Positions 33,953-43,722 of a stretch of DNA of 64,000 nt are shown in pieces. Each line of letters starts with the position of its first letter. The first letter of the stretch is position 1. This DNA is from Eubacteriales bacterium. Its GTDB lineage: Bacteria > Bacillota > Clostridia > Oscillospirales > QAKW01. Both the position numbers and the translations under genes were made by a program. The stretch lies in NCBI GenBank assembly GCA_045612565.1, contig JAZKZG010000028.1, positions 714 to 64,713 of the forward strand, read 5' to 3'. Under the pieces are notes generated by a model that was not told the DNA's origin, made no database searches, and was given only the letters and a program-made list of their open reading frames with translations.

Positions 33953-34726
33953 ATGGGAAAAATAATATCTATAGTTAATCAAAAAGGTGGGGTTGGTAAA
34001 ACAACAACTGCCGTAAACCTTGCATCTTCAGTTGCACAGATGGGCAAAAAGGTGCTTTTGGTAGATATGGACAGCCAGGCGAATGCAACATCAAGCTTTG
34101 GCATATCACAAAAGAAAGCAAAATACACAGTATATGATATACTTATTAATAATGTAGATATTAAAGATGTTGTTATAACATCATCATATGATAATATAGA
34201 TGTAGTTCCATCACACATTGACCTTGCTGGTGCAGAAATAGAAATGGTTGTTGCTGACAACCGAGAGTTTTTATTAAAAAACGCTCTTAACACCATCCGA
34301 CATCTTTACGATTTTATATTTATAGACTGCCCACCGTCATTGGGTCTTTTAACGCTTAATGGTCTTGCGGCATCAAACAGCATATTAATACCTATTCAAC
34401 CCGAGTATTTTGCGCTTGAAGGCGTATCCAAACTAATAAACACAGTACGTCAGGTTAAAAAACGCATCAATCCTTCGCTGTTTTTGGAGGGAGTTCTGCT
34501 GACAATGTATGACGGCAGACTTAATCTTACTTTACAGGTTGCAGACGAAGTTAAAAAATACTTTGGAAACAAAGTTTATAAAAATGTAATTCCGCGTAAC
34601 GTTCGCTTATGTGAGGCTCCCAGCCACGGAATGCCCGTATCAGCTTATGACAGATACTCAAAAGGCGCACTCACTTACCGCGAACTTGCAAAAGAATTTT
34701 TAGCAAATCAGGAGGTGGCAGAATAA
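33953..34726 (+). CDS. soj: chromosome partitioning ATPase ParA/Soj
   Basis: 257 aa with deviant Walker A NQKGGVGKTTT. Canonical ParA blocks throughout. Confidence 0.95.
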   Translation: MGKIISIVNQKGGVGKTTTAVNLASSVAQMGKKVLLVDMDSQANATSSFGISQKKAKYTVYDILINNVDIKDVVITSSYDNIDVVPSHIDLAGAEIEMVVADNREFLLKNALNTIRHLYDFIFIDCPPSLGLLTLNGLAASNSILIPIQPEYFALEGVSKLINTVRQVKKRINPSLFLEGVLLTMYDGRLNLTLQVADEVKKYFGNKVYKNVIPRNVRLCEAPSHGMPVSAYDRYSKGALTYRELAKEFLANQEVAE

Positions 34727-35571
34727 TGAAAAAAGGACTTGGTAAAGGACTTGATTCACTTTTTGAAGAAAACTCATTCGATATATCAGAAAGACCTATA
34801 ACCGAAGCACGAATCACACAAATTGAACCGGATAAAAACCAGCCGCGCCGCGATTTTGACCAAGAGGCACTTAACGCCCTCAGCGAATCAATAAAACAGC
34901 ATGGAGTTATCTCGCCAATCATTGTAACACAAATCGACGATGACAGATACCGCATAATAGCAGGTGAGCGCCGCTACAGAGCTGCGAAACTCGCAGGGCT
35001 TGAGACAATGCCTATAATAGTGAAAAACTACACCGAAAGCGAAATTTCAGAGATAAGCCTTGTGGAAAACCTTCAACGCGAAGACTTAAACCCACTTGAA
35101 GAGGCATTCGGCTATAAAAAACTGATGATTTCATACGGTCTTACGCAAGAACAGGTTGCAACAAAGGTTTCAAAATCAAGAAGTGCTGTTGCTAATTCAA
35201 TGCGACTTTTGGCACTTCCCGAGGGTGCCCTTGAATACGTAAAAACAGGGGAGTTATCGGCAGGTCACGCACGTACACTCCTTGCACTCGAAAACCCCGA
35301 CGATATCCTTGCTGCAGCAAACAAAATAATCAGTGAGGAACTTTCAGTACGTCAGACCGAAGAACTCGTTAAGCGTATGAAAGCTGTAAAACCGGATAAA
35401 CCGATGCCCGACCCCGAGGTTGTCCTCGCACTCAAAGAACTTGAATCGCGTGCAAGAGTTGGGACAGGAAACAAGGTAAAAATAAAACACACAGCCAAAA
35501 ACACAGGTAAAATTGAGATTTTCTACAGTTCTACCGACGAACTCGAAAAACTTATAGATATGCTATCATAA
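34726..35571 (+). CDS. spo0J: chromosome partitioning protein ParB/Spo0J
   Basis: 281 aa. GLGKGLDSLF...NQPRRDF...IAGERRYRAAKLAGL...LVENLQREDLNPLEEA is canonical. Confidence 0.95.
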   Translation: MKKGLGKGLDSLFEENSFDISERPITEARITQIEPDKNQPRRDFDQEALNALSESIKQHGVISPIIVTQIDDDRYRIIAGERRYRAAKLAGLETMPIIVKNYTESEISEISLVENLQREDLNPLEEAFGYKKLMISYGLTQEQVATKVSKSRSAVANSMRLLALPEGALEYVKTGELSAGHARTLLALENPDDILAAANKIISEELSVRQTEELVKRMKAVKPDKPMPDPEVVLALKELESRARVGTGNKVKIKHTAKNTGKIEIFYSSTDELEKLIDMLS

Positions 35572-35584
35572 GGCGGTGAAAAGT

Positions 35585-36085
35585 ATGTTTAAAAAGAAAA
35601 AGACAGACGCACCCGTACAGAACAATGCCGAAACACAAGAGTTTGAAAAAAATATAAAAACACTTTGGATTTATACCACACTCTTTTGCCTGTTTGCATT
35701 GATACTTATAATAATATCATCGTACGTACAGTATAAAATCGACCGTCGCGCCGAATACTATCAGGACCAGTACGAGTCGGCGCAGACCTCTTCTCAGTCA
35801 ACAATAAAAAATATCCAGACTGAAAATAATACACTTAAAAAAGACATCGAAAAATATAAAGAACAAGCCACGATTTGTAAAGAACAGGCGGAACAGGACG
35901 CCGTTTTATTGCAAAACAGTGCAGAAATGCTCGAAAACGCCGAGATATTGCTCGATATACAAAATGACGTATCAAAACGTAACTATATCTCCGCTCGCGA
36001 AAAGATGAAAACAGTGAGCGAACAACACCTCAGCGAAAAAATGCTCGAGATCTATAACGGTCTTAAGGACAAGCTGGGTATATGA
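35585..36085 (+). CDS. membrane-anchored coiled-coil protein, function unknown
   Basis: [10 protein letters not shown]... with one TM ([22 protein letters not shown]) and then a heptad-rich region. ATG 35585 lies 8 nt after AAGGCGG. Confidence 0.6.
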   Translation: MFKKKKTDAPVQNNAETQEFEKNIKTLWIYTTLFCLFALILIIISSYVQYKIDRRAEYYQDQYESAQTSSQSTIKNIQTENNTLKKDIEKYKEQATICKEQAEQDAVLLQNSAEMLENAEILLDIQNDVSKRNYISAREKMKTVSEQHLSEKMLEIYNGLKDKLGI

Positions 36086-36531
36086 AACAGGTAACAATAT
36101 ACTCCGACGGCGCATGTAGCGGAAACCCCGGTCCCGGCGGTTACGGAACCGTTCTTGTATACAACGGCGTTGAAAAAGAACTTTCAGAAGGATTTGAAAG
36201 TACAACTAATAACAGAATGGAACTTTTGGGTTGCATAAAAGGTCTTGAATGTCTTAAAGAACCGTGTCAGGTAACTGTCATAAGCGATTCAAAATACCTG
36301 TGTGATGCAATAAATCAGGGTTGGCTTGAATCGTGGAAAAACCGCGGTTGGAAAAAAGCCGATAAAAAGCCCGTTCTTAACCAGGAACTGTGGGAGCGTC
36401 TTGATAAACAACTTGCAATTCATACGGTTTCATTTGAATGGATAAAAGGTCATAACGGCCATCACTATAATGAACGCTGCGACACCCTTGCCGTCAGCGA
36501 ATATCAGAAGTTTTTGAAAGGAAGTAATTAA
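36082..36531 (+). CDS. rnhA: ribonuclease HI
   Basis: 149 aa. [17 protein letters not shown]...TNNRMEL...SDSKY...[18 protein letters not shown] carries the DEDD catalytic pattern. Confidence 0.92.
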   Translation: MKQVTIYSDGACSGNPGPGGYGTVLVYNGVEKELSEGFESTTNNRMELLGCIKGLECLKEPCQVTVISDSKYLCDAINQGWLESWKNRGWKKADKKPVLNQELWERLDKQLAIHTVSFEWIKGHNGHHYNERCDTLAVSEYQKFLKGSN

Positions 36532-36533
36532 CT

Positions 36534-37703
36534 TTGGAAAAGAGATTTGTTTATGCAGACAACGCGGCAACAACAAAAGTACGCCCCGATGTCTTTGCAA
36601 AAATGATACCGCACTATGTTGAACACTACGGCAACCCCTCAAGCATCTACTCGGTTGGCCGAGAGAGTGCGGTAGCAGTAATGGAGGCACGTAAAACCGT
36701 TGCGGAGTGCCTTAATTGCGACCCGAAAGAGATTGTGTTTACATCGGGCGGCAGCGAGAGTGATAACCTTGCAATCGTTGGTATTGCAAAGCGCAAGGGC
36801 AAAGGCCACATCATCACTTCAAAAATCGAACACCATGCTGTACTCCACACTGTACAGGCACTTGAAAAAGACGGCTTTGACGTAACTTATATTGATGTTG
36901 ATGCCGAAGGCCTCGTAAACCCCGAGGATATAAAAAATGCAATCCGCGAAGATACAATTCTAATAACAATTATGTTCGCAAATAACGAAATCGGCACAAT
37001 CCAACCGATTGCAGAAATCGGTAAAATAGCACGTGAACACAAAATTCCCTTCCACACCGATGCTGTTCAGGCGGCAGGTCACATTGAAATCGATGTTCAG
37101 GCATTGAATGTTGATATGCTGTCACTTTCTGCTCACAAATTCGGCGGTCCCAAGGGAACAGGTGTTCTGTACGTACGCCGCGGTGTTGTTTATAAACCGA
37201 TCATTATGGGCGGTGCACAGGAAAACAACAAACGCGCAGGTACCGAAAATATTGCAGGTATTATTGGTACAGCCGAGGCACTTAAACTCGCTTGTGCTGA
37301 GATTGACCACGAAACAAAGCGTCTTACCGCACTCCGTGACAAACTTATCGACGGTATTTTAACAACAATTCCGTACACACGCCTAAACGGAAGCCGTACA
37401 CAGCGTATGCCGGGTAACGTTAATATCTCGGTTGAATATATCGAAGGCGAAGCACTCATTCTTATGCTTGACTTCAACGGCATCTGTGCCTCGAGCGGTT
37501 CGGCTTGTACAACCGGCTCACTTGACCCGTCACATGTGCTTTTAGCTCTTGGCCTTACACATGAGGTTGCTCACGGCTCACTCCGTTTATCACTCGGCAG
37601 AGATAATACCGAGGCAGACGTTGATTATATTCTTGAAGTATTGCCCAAAGTTGTAGAAAGACTTCGTGCAATGTCACCCGTATGGGAAAACAGACCGCAA
37701 TAA
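36534..37703 (+). CDS. nifS: cysteine desulfurase NifS/IscS type
   Basis: TTG start. YADNAATT...FTSGGSESDN...SAHKFGGPKG (PLP lysine)...SSGSACTTG (active-site Cys). Confidence 0.92.
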   Translation: MEKRFVYADNAATTKVRPDVFAKMIPHYVEHYGNPSSIYSVGRESAVAVMEARKTVAECLNCDPKEIVFTSGGSESDNLAIVGIAKRKGKGHIITSKIEHHAVLHTVQALEKDGFDVTYIDVDAEGLVNPEDIKNAIREDTILITIMFANNEIGTIQPIAEIGKIAREHKIPFHTDAVQAAGHIEIDVQALNVDMLSLSAHKFGGPKGTGVLYVRRGVVYKPIIMGGAQENNKRAGTENIAGIIGTAEALKLACAEIDHETKRLTALRDKLIDGILTTIPYTRLNGSRTQRMPGNVNISVEYIEGEALILMLDFNGICASSGSACTTGSLDPSHVLLALGLTHEVAHGSLRLSLGRDNTEADVDYILEVLPKVVERLRAMSPVWENRPQ

Positions 37704-37715
37704 AGGAGAAAACTT

Positions 37716-38141
37716 ATGTATACAGAAAAAGTAATGGATCATTTTTCAAATCCCCGCAATGTTGGTGAAATCGAAAACGCTGACGGTGTCGGCGAGGTTG
37801 GTAATGCAAAATGCGGCGACATTATGCGTATTTATTTAAAAATTGATAACGATACAATCACCGATGTTAAATTTAAGACTTTTGGCTGCGGTGCCGCTAT
37901 TGCAACATCATCAATGGCAACCGAACTCATAAAAGGCAAAAAAGTAGAAGACGCACTCACCCTCACAAACAAAGCGGTTATCGAGGCTCTTGACGGTCTT
38001 CCGCCCGTAAAAGTTCACTGCTCTGTTCTGGCAGAGGAAGCAGTTAAGGCTGCAATCAAAGACTATTTTGATAAAAACGGCATTGAAAATGACCTTGAAA
38101 TCGGAGGATGCGCAGGTTGCTGCAGCAGCTGCGACAAATAA
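37716..38141 (+). CDS. nifU: Fe-S cluster assembly scaffold NifU/IscU type
   Basis: 141 aa. HFSNPRNVG...GNAKCGD...FKTFGCGAAIA...VHCSVLA carries the three scaffold cysteines. Confidence 0.92.
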   Translation: MYTEKVMDHFSNPRNVGEIENADGVGEVGNAKCGDIMRIYLKIDNDTITDVKFKTFGCGAAIATSSMATELIKGKKVEDALTLTNKAVIEALDGLPPVKVHCSVLAEEAVKAAIKDYFDKNGIENDLEIGGCAGCCSSCDK

Positions 38142-38145
38142 GGCT

Positions 38146-39513
38146 ATGAGACGTTTAATTTCAATTGCTTTAGTACTTGTTTTTATTATATGTATGTCGG
38201 CGTGTACCCCAAACAACGTACTCACTCCCGACACACCTGATACTCCAAACGATACCCCCACCCAAACTCCCGAACCAAATACTCAAGAGCAAACTCCCGA
38301 TAACACAGAAAACGAACAAACTCCCGAACAACCTACAGACGACGGCTATGTTATTGCGGGTAAAGAGAAAAATAAAGACCTTATGCCAACAGTTGATATC
38401 GAATCACTTGGTATTACGCCTGTAAAGGTTTCTGACCTTACAGATAAAACTCTTACAATCTACACAGCAGAACGTGACGCTTTCTCTGTTGATAAACTTG
38501 ATGACAAAGCGTGGATTAATGCGGTTTCGGAAGACCTTGGCATAAAAGTAAAACAGTATATGCGCTCGGATAAAACTCTTTATTCTGCACAGGCGATTGC
38601 GCAAAAATCGGGTATGTCACTCGATATTGTGTCAACACTCATAACCGATATAATCCCTACACGTTCACTTATGAAAAGTGAATTGGAACTTAAAGAAGAC
38701 GGTAAACTTATGCCGTTCTCAAAGCGCGTGTACACACTCTCGGGCGGAAAAGTGTTTACAGGCTACGGCAGTTCAAAAATGATGTGGTATAACAAAGATA
38801 TCGTCAGCGATAAAAAAGCGTACGACCTTTTTGAACAGGGTGTTTGGAACACCGAGGCACTCGCTTCTCTCAATACCGAAATCACCTCGGCAGAAAAGAA
38901 TATGATTGAATGTTCCAACTGGGCATCTTTTGCTTCGTCTTGCGGTACACAAATAACAGGTCTTGCAGACGACGGCAAAACATACTGCTCATTAAATGAT
39001 GAACAGTCAATAAACGCTTTAAAAACTTTCTCACAACTTTTAAATACGGTATCGACCGATAAAAAGACTTTCAAAAACGGCAACACCGCTTTTTGTTATA
39101 CTGATGCTCCCGTTCTCGAAAAAGGTGAACTCGGCTTTGTACCCGTTCCGTCATACAGTCACAACGGAAAGAATGTAACAGAGCTTTGCGGTATTGGTAT
39201 GGGTGTTTCAAAAACAGCCGATGAAATTCAGTCGCAATATGCCCTCACATTCATTTTGTTGTGGGCGGCACGTTACAGCGAAGCACGTGCAGACGCACTC
39301 GTTTATGACTATAAGCTGGACGAGAAAAAAGCTGAGAAATATATCGAGTTTTCAGAAACTGACGGCGGTCTTTACAATGCCGACCGCATTATATCGTCAT
39401 ACTTTACAAATTCGACAATTCCCGAAACACTTTATGCCACTGCAGACGAAATAACACAAGAATATGCAGATGCGTTTACCCGCGTCGCTCTTTTAAATAA
39501 CAAAATTCAATGA
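38146..39513 (+). CDS. orphan solute-binding-protein-like lipoprotein with Pro/Thr/Gln-rich linker (distant paralog of 15733/17753)
   Basis: ATG 38146 (MRRLISIALVLVFIICMSAC lipobox), a linker TPDTPDTPNDTPTQTPEPNTQEQTPDN..., then an SBP-like body (KTLTIYTAERDAF...GIKVKQY). Confidence 0.65.
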   Translation: MRRLISIALVLVFIICMSACTPNNVLTPDTPDTPNDTPTQTPEPNTQEQTPDNTENEQTPEQPTDDGYVIAGKEKNKDLMPTVDIESLGITPVKVSDLTDKTLTIYTAERDAFSVDKLDDKAWINAVSEDLGIKVKQYMRSDKTLYSAQAIAQKSGMSLDIVSTLITDIIPTRSLMKSELELKEDGKLMPFSKRVYTLSGGKVFTGYGSSKMMWYNKDIVSDKKAYDLFEQGVWNTEALASLNTEITSAEKNMIECSNWASFASSCGTQITGLADDGKTYCSLNDEQSINALKTFSQLLNTVSTDKKTFKNGNTAFCYTDAPVLEKGELGFVPVPSYSHNGKNVTELCGIGMGVSKTADEIQSQYALTFILLWAARYSEARADALVYDYKLDEKKAEKYIEFSETDGGLYNADRIISSYFTNSTIPETLYATADEITQEYADAFTRVALLNNKIQ

Positions 39514-40283
39514 AAATTTTATGTATAGGCGACATTGTTTCGCACGAGGGTATAGATTGCCTTTTTGATGTTTTACCGCGTTTAAGGCGAAAATACAGCC
39601 CTGATGCTGTTATTGTAAACGGCGAAAACTCGGCAATCGGTAACGGAATTGATAAAATCGCATATGATATGATTATAAATGCCGGTGCCGATATTGTTAC
39701 GGGCGGAAACCATTCGTTTCAAAAAAATACGGCTGGCGAACTGCACCAAAACGCAAAAAGACTTTTAAGACCCGCCAATATAGAGGGTATCTCTAACGGT
39801 CAGTGGGATATAAAACTCAATTTTGGAAAAAATACCCTCAGGGTTATAAATCTTTCAGGAACTCTTTTTATAAAAAACACAACAAATCCGTTTGAGTTTT
39901 TGGAAAAAGCGTTGGAGACTGACAAAGACTGCATAACAGTTATTGATTTTCATGCCGAGGCTACAAGCGAAAAACGCGCACTTGGTTTTTTTGCCGACGG
40001 CAGAGTGTCGCTCGTTTACGGCACACATACACATGTACAAACAAATGACGCACAGATTTTAGAGGGCGGAACAGGCTACATAACCGATATCGGTATGACA
40101 GGCGTTAAACAGTCGGTGCTTGGAAAAGATAAGGACGTTTGTGTTCATAACTTTTATAAGCCCGAGGACCGCCAGAAAATCAAAGACGCAAAAGGGGAGT
40201 GTATACTCTCGGGAATTTTTGCAAAGATTGACGATGAAACAAAAAAATGTGTTTTAATCGAGACTATAAATATTGACAATTAG
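39510..40283 (+). CDS. ymdB: YmdB-family metallophosphoesterase (2',3'-cyclic-nucleotide phosphodiesterase type)
   Basis: MKILCIGDIVSHEGIDCL...VIVNGENSAIGNGI...GGNH...DFHAEATSEK...GTHTHVQTND. Confidence 0.85.
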   Translation: MKILCIGDIVSHEGIDCLFDVLPRLRRKYSPDAVIVNGENSAIGNGIDKIAYDMIINAGADIVTGGNHSFQKNTAGELHQNAKRLLRPANIEGISNGQWDIKLNFGKNTLRVINLSGTLFIKNTTNPFEFLEKALETDKDCITVIDFHAEATSEKRALGFFADGRVSLVYGTHTHVQTNDAQILEGGTGYITDIGMTGVKQSVLGKDKDVCVHNFYKPEDRQKIKDAKGECILSGIFAKIDDETKKCVLIETINIDN

Positions 40284-40310
40284 TTATTGATGTGATAATA
40301 TAATTGTTGC

Positions 40311-40397
40311 GCTGGTGTGGCGGAACAGGCAGACGCCCGGGACTTAAAATCCCGTGATAGCAATATCGTACCGGTTCGATTCCGGTCACCAGCACCA
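40311..40397 (+). tRNA. tRNA-Leu (anticodon UAA), CCA-encoded, long variable arm
   Basis: Acceptor GCTGGTG/CACCAGC, anticodon stem-loop CGGGA-CTTAAAA-TCCCG, T-arm CCGGTTCGATTCCGG, 87 nt. Confidence 0.92.
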
Positions 40398-40431
40398 AAA
40401 ATCCCGTTCACATAAGTGGGCGGGATTTTTA
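40398..40431 (+). terminator. intrinsic terminator after the tRNA
   Basis: AATCCCG...CGGGATT stem followed by TTTT. Confidence 0.7.
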
Positions 40432-40471
40432 CTTATTACTTTTTACCTCTTCACTCTTACCTCAAAATGTT

Positions 40472-40765
40472 ATGATTGATTTAGAACAATTTGATGAGTC
40501 ACTTGTACGTTTATATAAAATTATTGAACGTATTAATTTTAAAGATTTATTTGACTCGCTTGATAACAAGAAATTATATAAAAAATCTCCGCTTGAATAT
40601 CAAATTGGCGATAAATTTAATTACAAAGAGTTGAATTTAACTGAATATCAACAAATTGTACTAGAAAAGTATTTTAATTTTCTTGAATATGAAACAAAAG
40701 CAAAGGTTTTCCTCACTTATTTAAAAACAATTGAGCATACCGTAAAATTTATTAAAGACACATAA
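40472..40765 (+). CDS. hypothetical protein (AT-rich, no family recognised)
   Basis: 97-aa ORF followed by the strong terminator at 40779-40815. It is visibly more AT-rich than neighbouring genes. Confidence 0.45.
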   Translation: MIDLEQFDESLVRLYKIIERINFKDLFDSLDNKKLYKKSPLEYQIGDKFNYKELNLTEYQQIVLEKYFNFLEYETKAKVFLTYLKTIEHTVKFIKDT

Positions 40766-40778
40766 ATATTACGCGATA

Positions 40779-40815
40779 AAAGCACACCGAAAAATAATCG
40801 GTGTGCTTTTTAAAA
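40779..40815 (+). terminator. intrinsic terminator
   Basis: AAAGCACACCG-aaaaataat-CGGTGTGCTTT followed by TTAAAATTTTTT. Confidence 0.8.
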
Positions 40816-40877
40816 TTTTTTGTAACCTTTTGTGGTATTCAATGCATTTATATGTTAAGATAAAAAAGGGTGATTAT

Positions 40878-41744
40878 ATGAAAAAAATATTATGTAGTAT
40901 ATTAACATTGTGCATCGTTTTATCGGGGTGTCAAAGTACACCAAAATCTGATGAAACAATAATCACACCACAACCGGCTCCACAGTTTGTTACGGCAGAT
41001 ACCGTGACGGATAATGAAACTGTTGACGAGCAAATTCCAAAATATATCAGAACACAGGTTGTTGACGGTATTACCTACAAAAGTGTATCCGACCCGCTCG
41101 GTTATGACTTCGACATACTTCAGGTGAGTGCAGACGGTGAAAAGTCTCTTTTAAAAGACAAAGAATTTTACGGCAGACAGTTAATCGACTGGAAGATTTG
41201 CGACGGAAAAATACTGTTTAAAACAAATATATGGCTTTATTGCTATAATCTTGCCGACGGTACAACCGACCTTATTTTAAGTGACGTGTGCAGTTTTGAC
41301 TACTATAACGGCTATATTTACTACAGAGAACACGCATCACGTACTTTCACAGTCTACAGAACAAAAATCGGGTCGGAAGATAAACAAGTTGTGCTCGGTC
41401 ACGACGTCTATGACAAAGAAAACCCAAAAGAGCTTGTATCAAATTTTGTAATAACTGACGACGGGGAAATTGTGTTTACACAGCGCGTACCTTATGGCTT
41501 GTATGTTTACAAAAACGGAAAAACAAAGTTGATTCTGGAAAGTAAGGATATAAATGAACGTTCGATCTGTTGTGACAAAAATGACGTGTATTTTGTTATG
41601 CAAGATTCACTTTACGTCTATACCCAAGGAAAAATCAAACAACTATTTGAGTTAGAAGATTATAAATGCAATCTTTATGTACAAAACGGAAAACTAACCT
41701 ACGTTTCAGTTAACGATGAAATAATAGATAAATGCCTCTCATAA
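40878..41744 (+). CDS. lipoprotein with DUF5050-like beta-propeller repeats (putative)
   Basis: ATG 40878 (MKKILCSILTLCIVLSGC lipobox). Repeated motifs of the type YYNGYIYY / LYVY / DVYFV. Confidence 0.55.
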   Translation: MKKILCSILTLCIVLSGCQSTPKSDETIITPQPAPQFVTADTVTDNETVDEQIPKYIRTQVVDGITYKSVSDPLGYDFDILQVSADGEKSLLKDKEFYGRQLIDWKICDGKILFKTNIWLYCYNLADGTTDLILSDVCSFDYYNGYIYYREHASRTFTVYRTKIGSEDKQVVLGHDVYDKENPKELVSNFVITDDGEIVFTQRVPYGLYVYKNGKTKLILESKDINERSICCDKNDVYFVMQDSLYVYTQGKIKQLFELEDYKCNLYVQNGKLTYVSVNDEIIDKCLS

Positions 41745-41757
41745 GAGAGGCATTTAT

Positions 41758-42351
41758 TTAATCTAAGTCAAAAAAATCAAGTATACCCTGATAGATTGCG
41801 TATGCAAACATATATCGCTCATCGCGTAAAAGTTCGGCATCGTCAGCATTTGTAATAAATGCAAGTTCAATTAAAAGCGCGGGCATATTTGTGCGTCTTA
41901 AAACATAAAGTGACGGATTTTCTTTTACACCAAGGTCTTTTGTGCCGAGTCTTTCGACAATCTGCTCCTGTATATCCTCGGCAAGCGGAAAAGCAGGGGA
42001 GGTTCGCGAATAAACATAAACCTCTGTACCATTTGCTGAGGGGTTTTCGGATGCATTTGAATGTATGCTGATAAAATAATCAGCACCCCAACTGTTTGCA
42101 TCGTTAACGCGTGTCTGAAGGCTCGTTGCGTTTGATGTACCAAGTGAAGTTTCGGGTGTGGGGCGTGAAAGTCTTACATCAAAGTTACCGTTTTCGCGAA
42201 GTAACTCGGCAAGATAAATACCCACTTCATAGTTTACGTCCTGTTCACGCAGTCCGTTACCCTCGGCACCTGCATTTATACCCTCGGGGTTATGACCCTG
42301 GTCTATATATATTTTAGTTATAGTAATCACCTCGTAATATTTTATGCACAC
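41758..42351 (-). CDS. N-acetylmuramoyl-L-alanine amidase (Amidase_3 family), no signal peptide; start codon uncertain
   Basis: KIYIDQGHNP...ADYFISIHSNA...ALLIELAFITN is the Amidase_3 zinc-ligand pattern. The track start is a GTG with no RBS. An RBS GAGGTG lies inside the ORF but has no canonical start at proper spacing. Confidence 0.75.
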   Translation of the reverse strand: MCIKYYEVITITKIYIDQGHNPEGINAGAEGNGLREQDVNYEVGIYLAELLRENGNFDVRLSRPTPETSLGTSNATSLQTRVNDANSWGADYFISIHSNASENPSANGTEVYVYSRTSPAFPLAEDIQEQIVERLGTKDLGVKENPSLYVLRRTNMPALLIELAFITNADDAELLRDERYMFAYAIYQGILDFFDLD

Positions 42352-42379
42352 AGCAAATATAATGTTTTAGGTGATAATT

Positions 42380-43501
42380 ATGAAAATATATGTAACACAG
42401 CCCGGTGACTCACTTTACAGCATCGGCAAAAAATTTGGTGTAACAATTGAGCAGTTGATTAATACAAACGGAAATACTGTAACACCAACTCTTATTATCG
42501 GTCAGGCAATTATCATACCGACCGCCGAACAAGAAAAAACAAAAAAAATTATAAACGGATATGCTTATCCAAATATTGAAAGAGGAGCATTACAGTCAGC
42601 TTTACAATACTTATCTCACATTTCTCCTTTCAGTTACGGTATAAAAGAGGACGGCTCACTTGTTTTATTAAATGACAGCGATATGATTTCGATTGCCGCG
42701 GGATTTGGAGTAAAACCTCTTTTAATTATAACTACTCTGACAGAAGAAGGAACTTTCAATTCACAGCGCAGTGCGGATATTTTAGAAGATAAAAACTTTG
42801 AAAACACTTTAATAAAAAATATCATAGAACAACTCGAAAAACAGGATTATTATGGTGTTGACATCGATTTTGAATACATACCGCCCCAACTTCGCCAAAA
42901 TTATGCCTCATTTATTTCAAATTTAAAATCACAGATTGCACCGCTCGGCTACAAAACCTTTGTTTCGGTTGCCCCAAAAACTTCAAATACACAGCGCGGT
43001 CTGTTATATGAAGCACACGATTATGCACTTTTAGGTGATGCGGCAGACTACGTTCTCGTTATGACTTATGAATGGGGATATACCTACGGTCCGCCGATGG
43101 CTGTGGCTCCCATTGACAAAGTAACAGAAGTTATTAACTATGCAATTACAGAAATAGATCCTCAAAAACTGCTTTTGGGCATACCCAACTATGCGTATGA
43201 CTGGACACTTCCTTTTGTTTCGGGAAACAGGGCAGAATCGATGTCCAACGTCGAAGCGGTAAACCGTGCAAGACGTGTTGGCGCAAATATTATGTTTGAC
43301 GAAGTGTCACAGACTCCGTATTATAATTACTACAAAGACGGAAAAGAACACGTTGTATGGTTTGAAGATGCAAGAAGTGTCAACGCACGTATGCAACTTA
43401 TAAATTCGCTTGGTCTCGCCGGAATGTCGATATGGAACATAATGAGCTTTTATAAACCTCTTTTCAGTGTAATAAACTCATACTTTTTACCAAATAAATA
43501 A
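42380..43501 (+). CDS. LysM plus GH18 domain spore peptidoglycan hydrolase (YaaH/SleL-like)
   Basis: MKIYVTQPGDSLYSIGKKFGVTIEQLINTNG is the LysM domain. The GH18 catalytic motif is YGVDIDFEY. Confidence 0.8.
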   Translation: MKIYVTQPGDSLYSIGKKFGVTIEQLINTNGNTVTPTLIIGQAIIIPTAEQEKTKKIINGYAYPNIERGALQSALQYLSHISPFSYGIKEDGSLVLLNDSDMISIAAGFGVKPLLIITTLTEEGTFNSQRSADILEDKNFENTLIKNIIEQLEKQDYYGVDIDFEYIPPQLRQNYASFISNLKSQIAPLGYKTFVSVAPKTSNTQRGLLYEAHDYALLGDAADYVLVMTYEWGYTYGPPMAVAPIDKVTEVINYAITEIDPQKLLLGIPNYAYDWTLPFVSGNRAESMSNVEAVNRARRVGANIMFDEVSQTPYYNYYKDGKEHVVWFEDARSVNARMQLINSLGLAGMSIWNIMSFYKPLFSVINSYFLPNK

Positions 43502-43517
43502 AAAACTTTTAAAATAT

Positions 43518-43550
43518 AAAAGCCTATCACTTTATGTGATGGGCTTTTTG
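43518..43550 (+). terminator. intrinsic terminator
   Basis: AAAGCCTATCAC-tttat-GTGATGGGCTTT followed by TTG. Confidence 0.7.
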
Positions 43551-43722
43551 TTCGTTTTGTTCGGTTTTCTTTTTTATAATGGAATTATAAGGTGATAACA
43601 CAAAAAACCGCCTATATGAGTATATATTAGATAATATTAATATATATACTACTTTAATATTGAAAAATGAAAAGGAGTGTGTTATAATTATGATGTATAA
43701 AATTTACAGAGGAGAACAACTT

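Noticed and set aside
40398-43501. Genomic island inserted at tRNA-Leu, extending to the amidase and the LysM-GH18 gene.
   Set aside because: There is no integrase and no duplicated tRNA 3' end. The amidase and the YaaH-like hydrolase are ordinary sporulation-associated genes that are origin-proximal in other Firmicutes. Only 40.4-41.7 kb is kept as a weak observation.
43660-43722. 21-codon upstream extension of dnaA (track start 43660), plus similar short extensions of dnaN (45296), rsmG (31820), the esterase (52375) and the PocR-AraC gene (57355).
   Set aside because: In each case an internal ATG with a properly spaced Shine-Dalgarno gives the family-typical N-terminus. The extensions overlap upstream genes or structured repeats.
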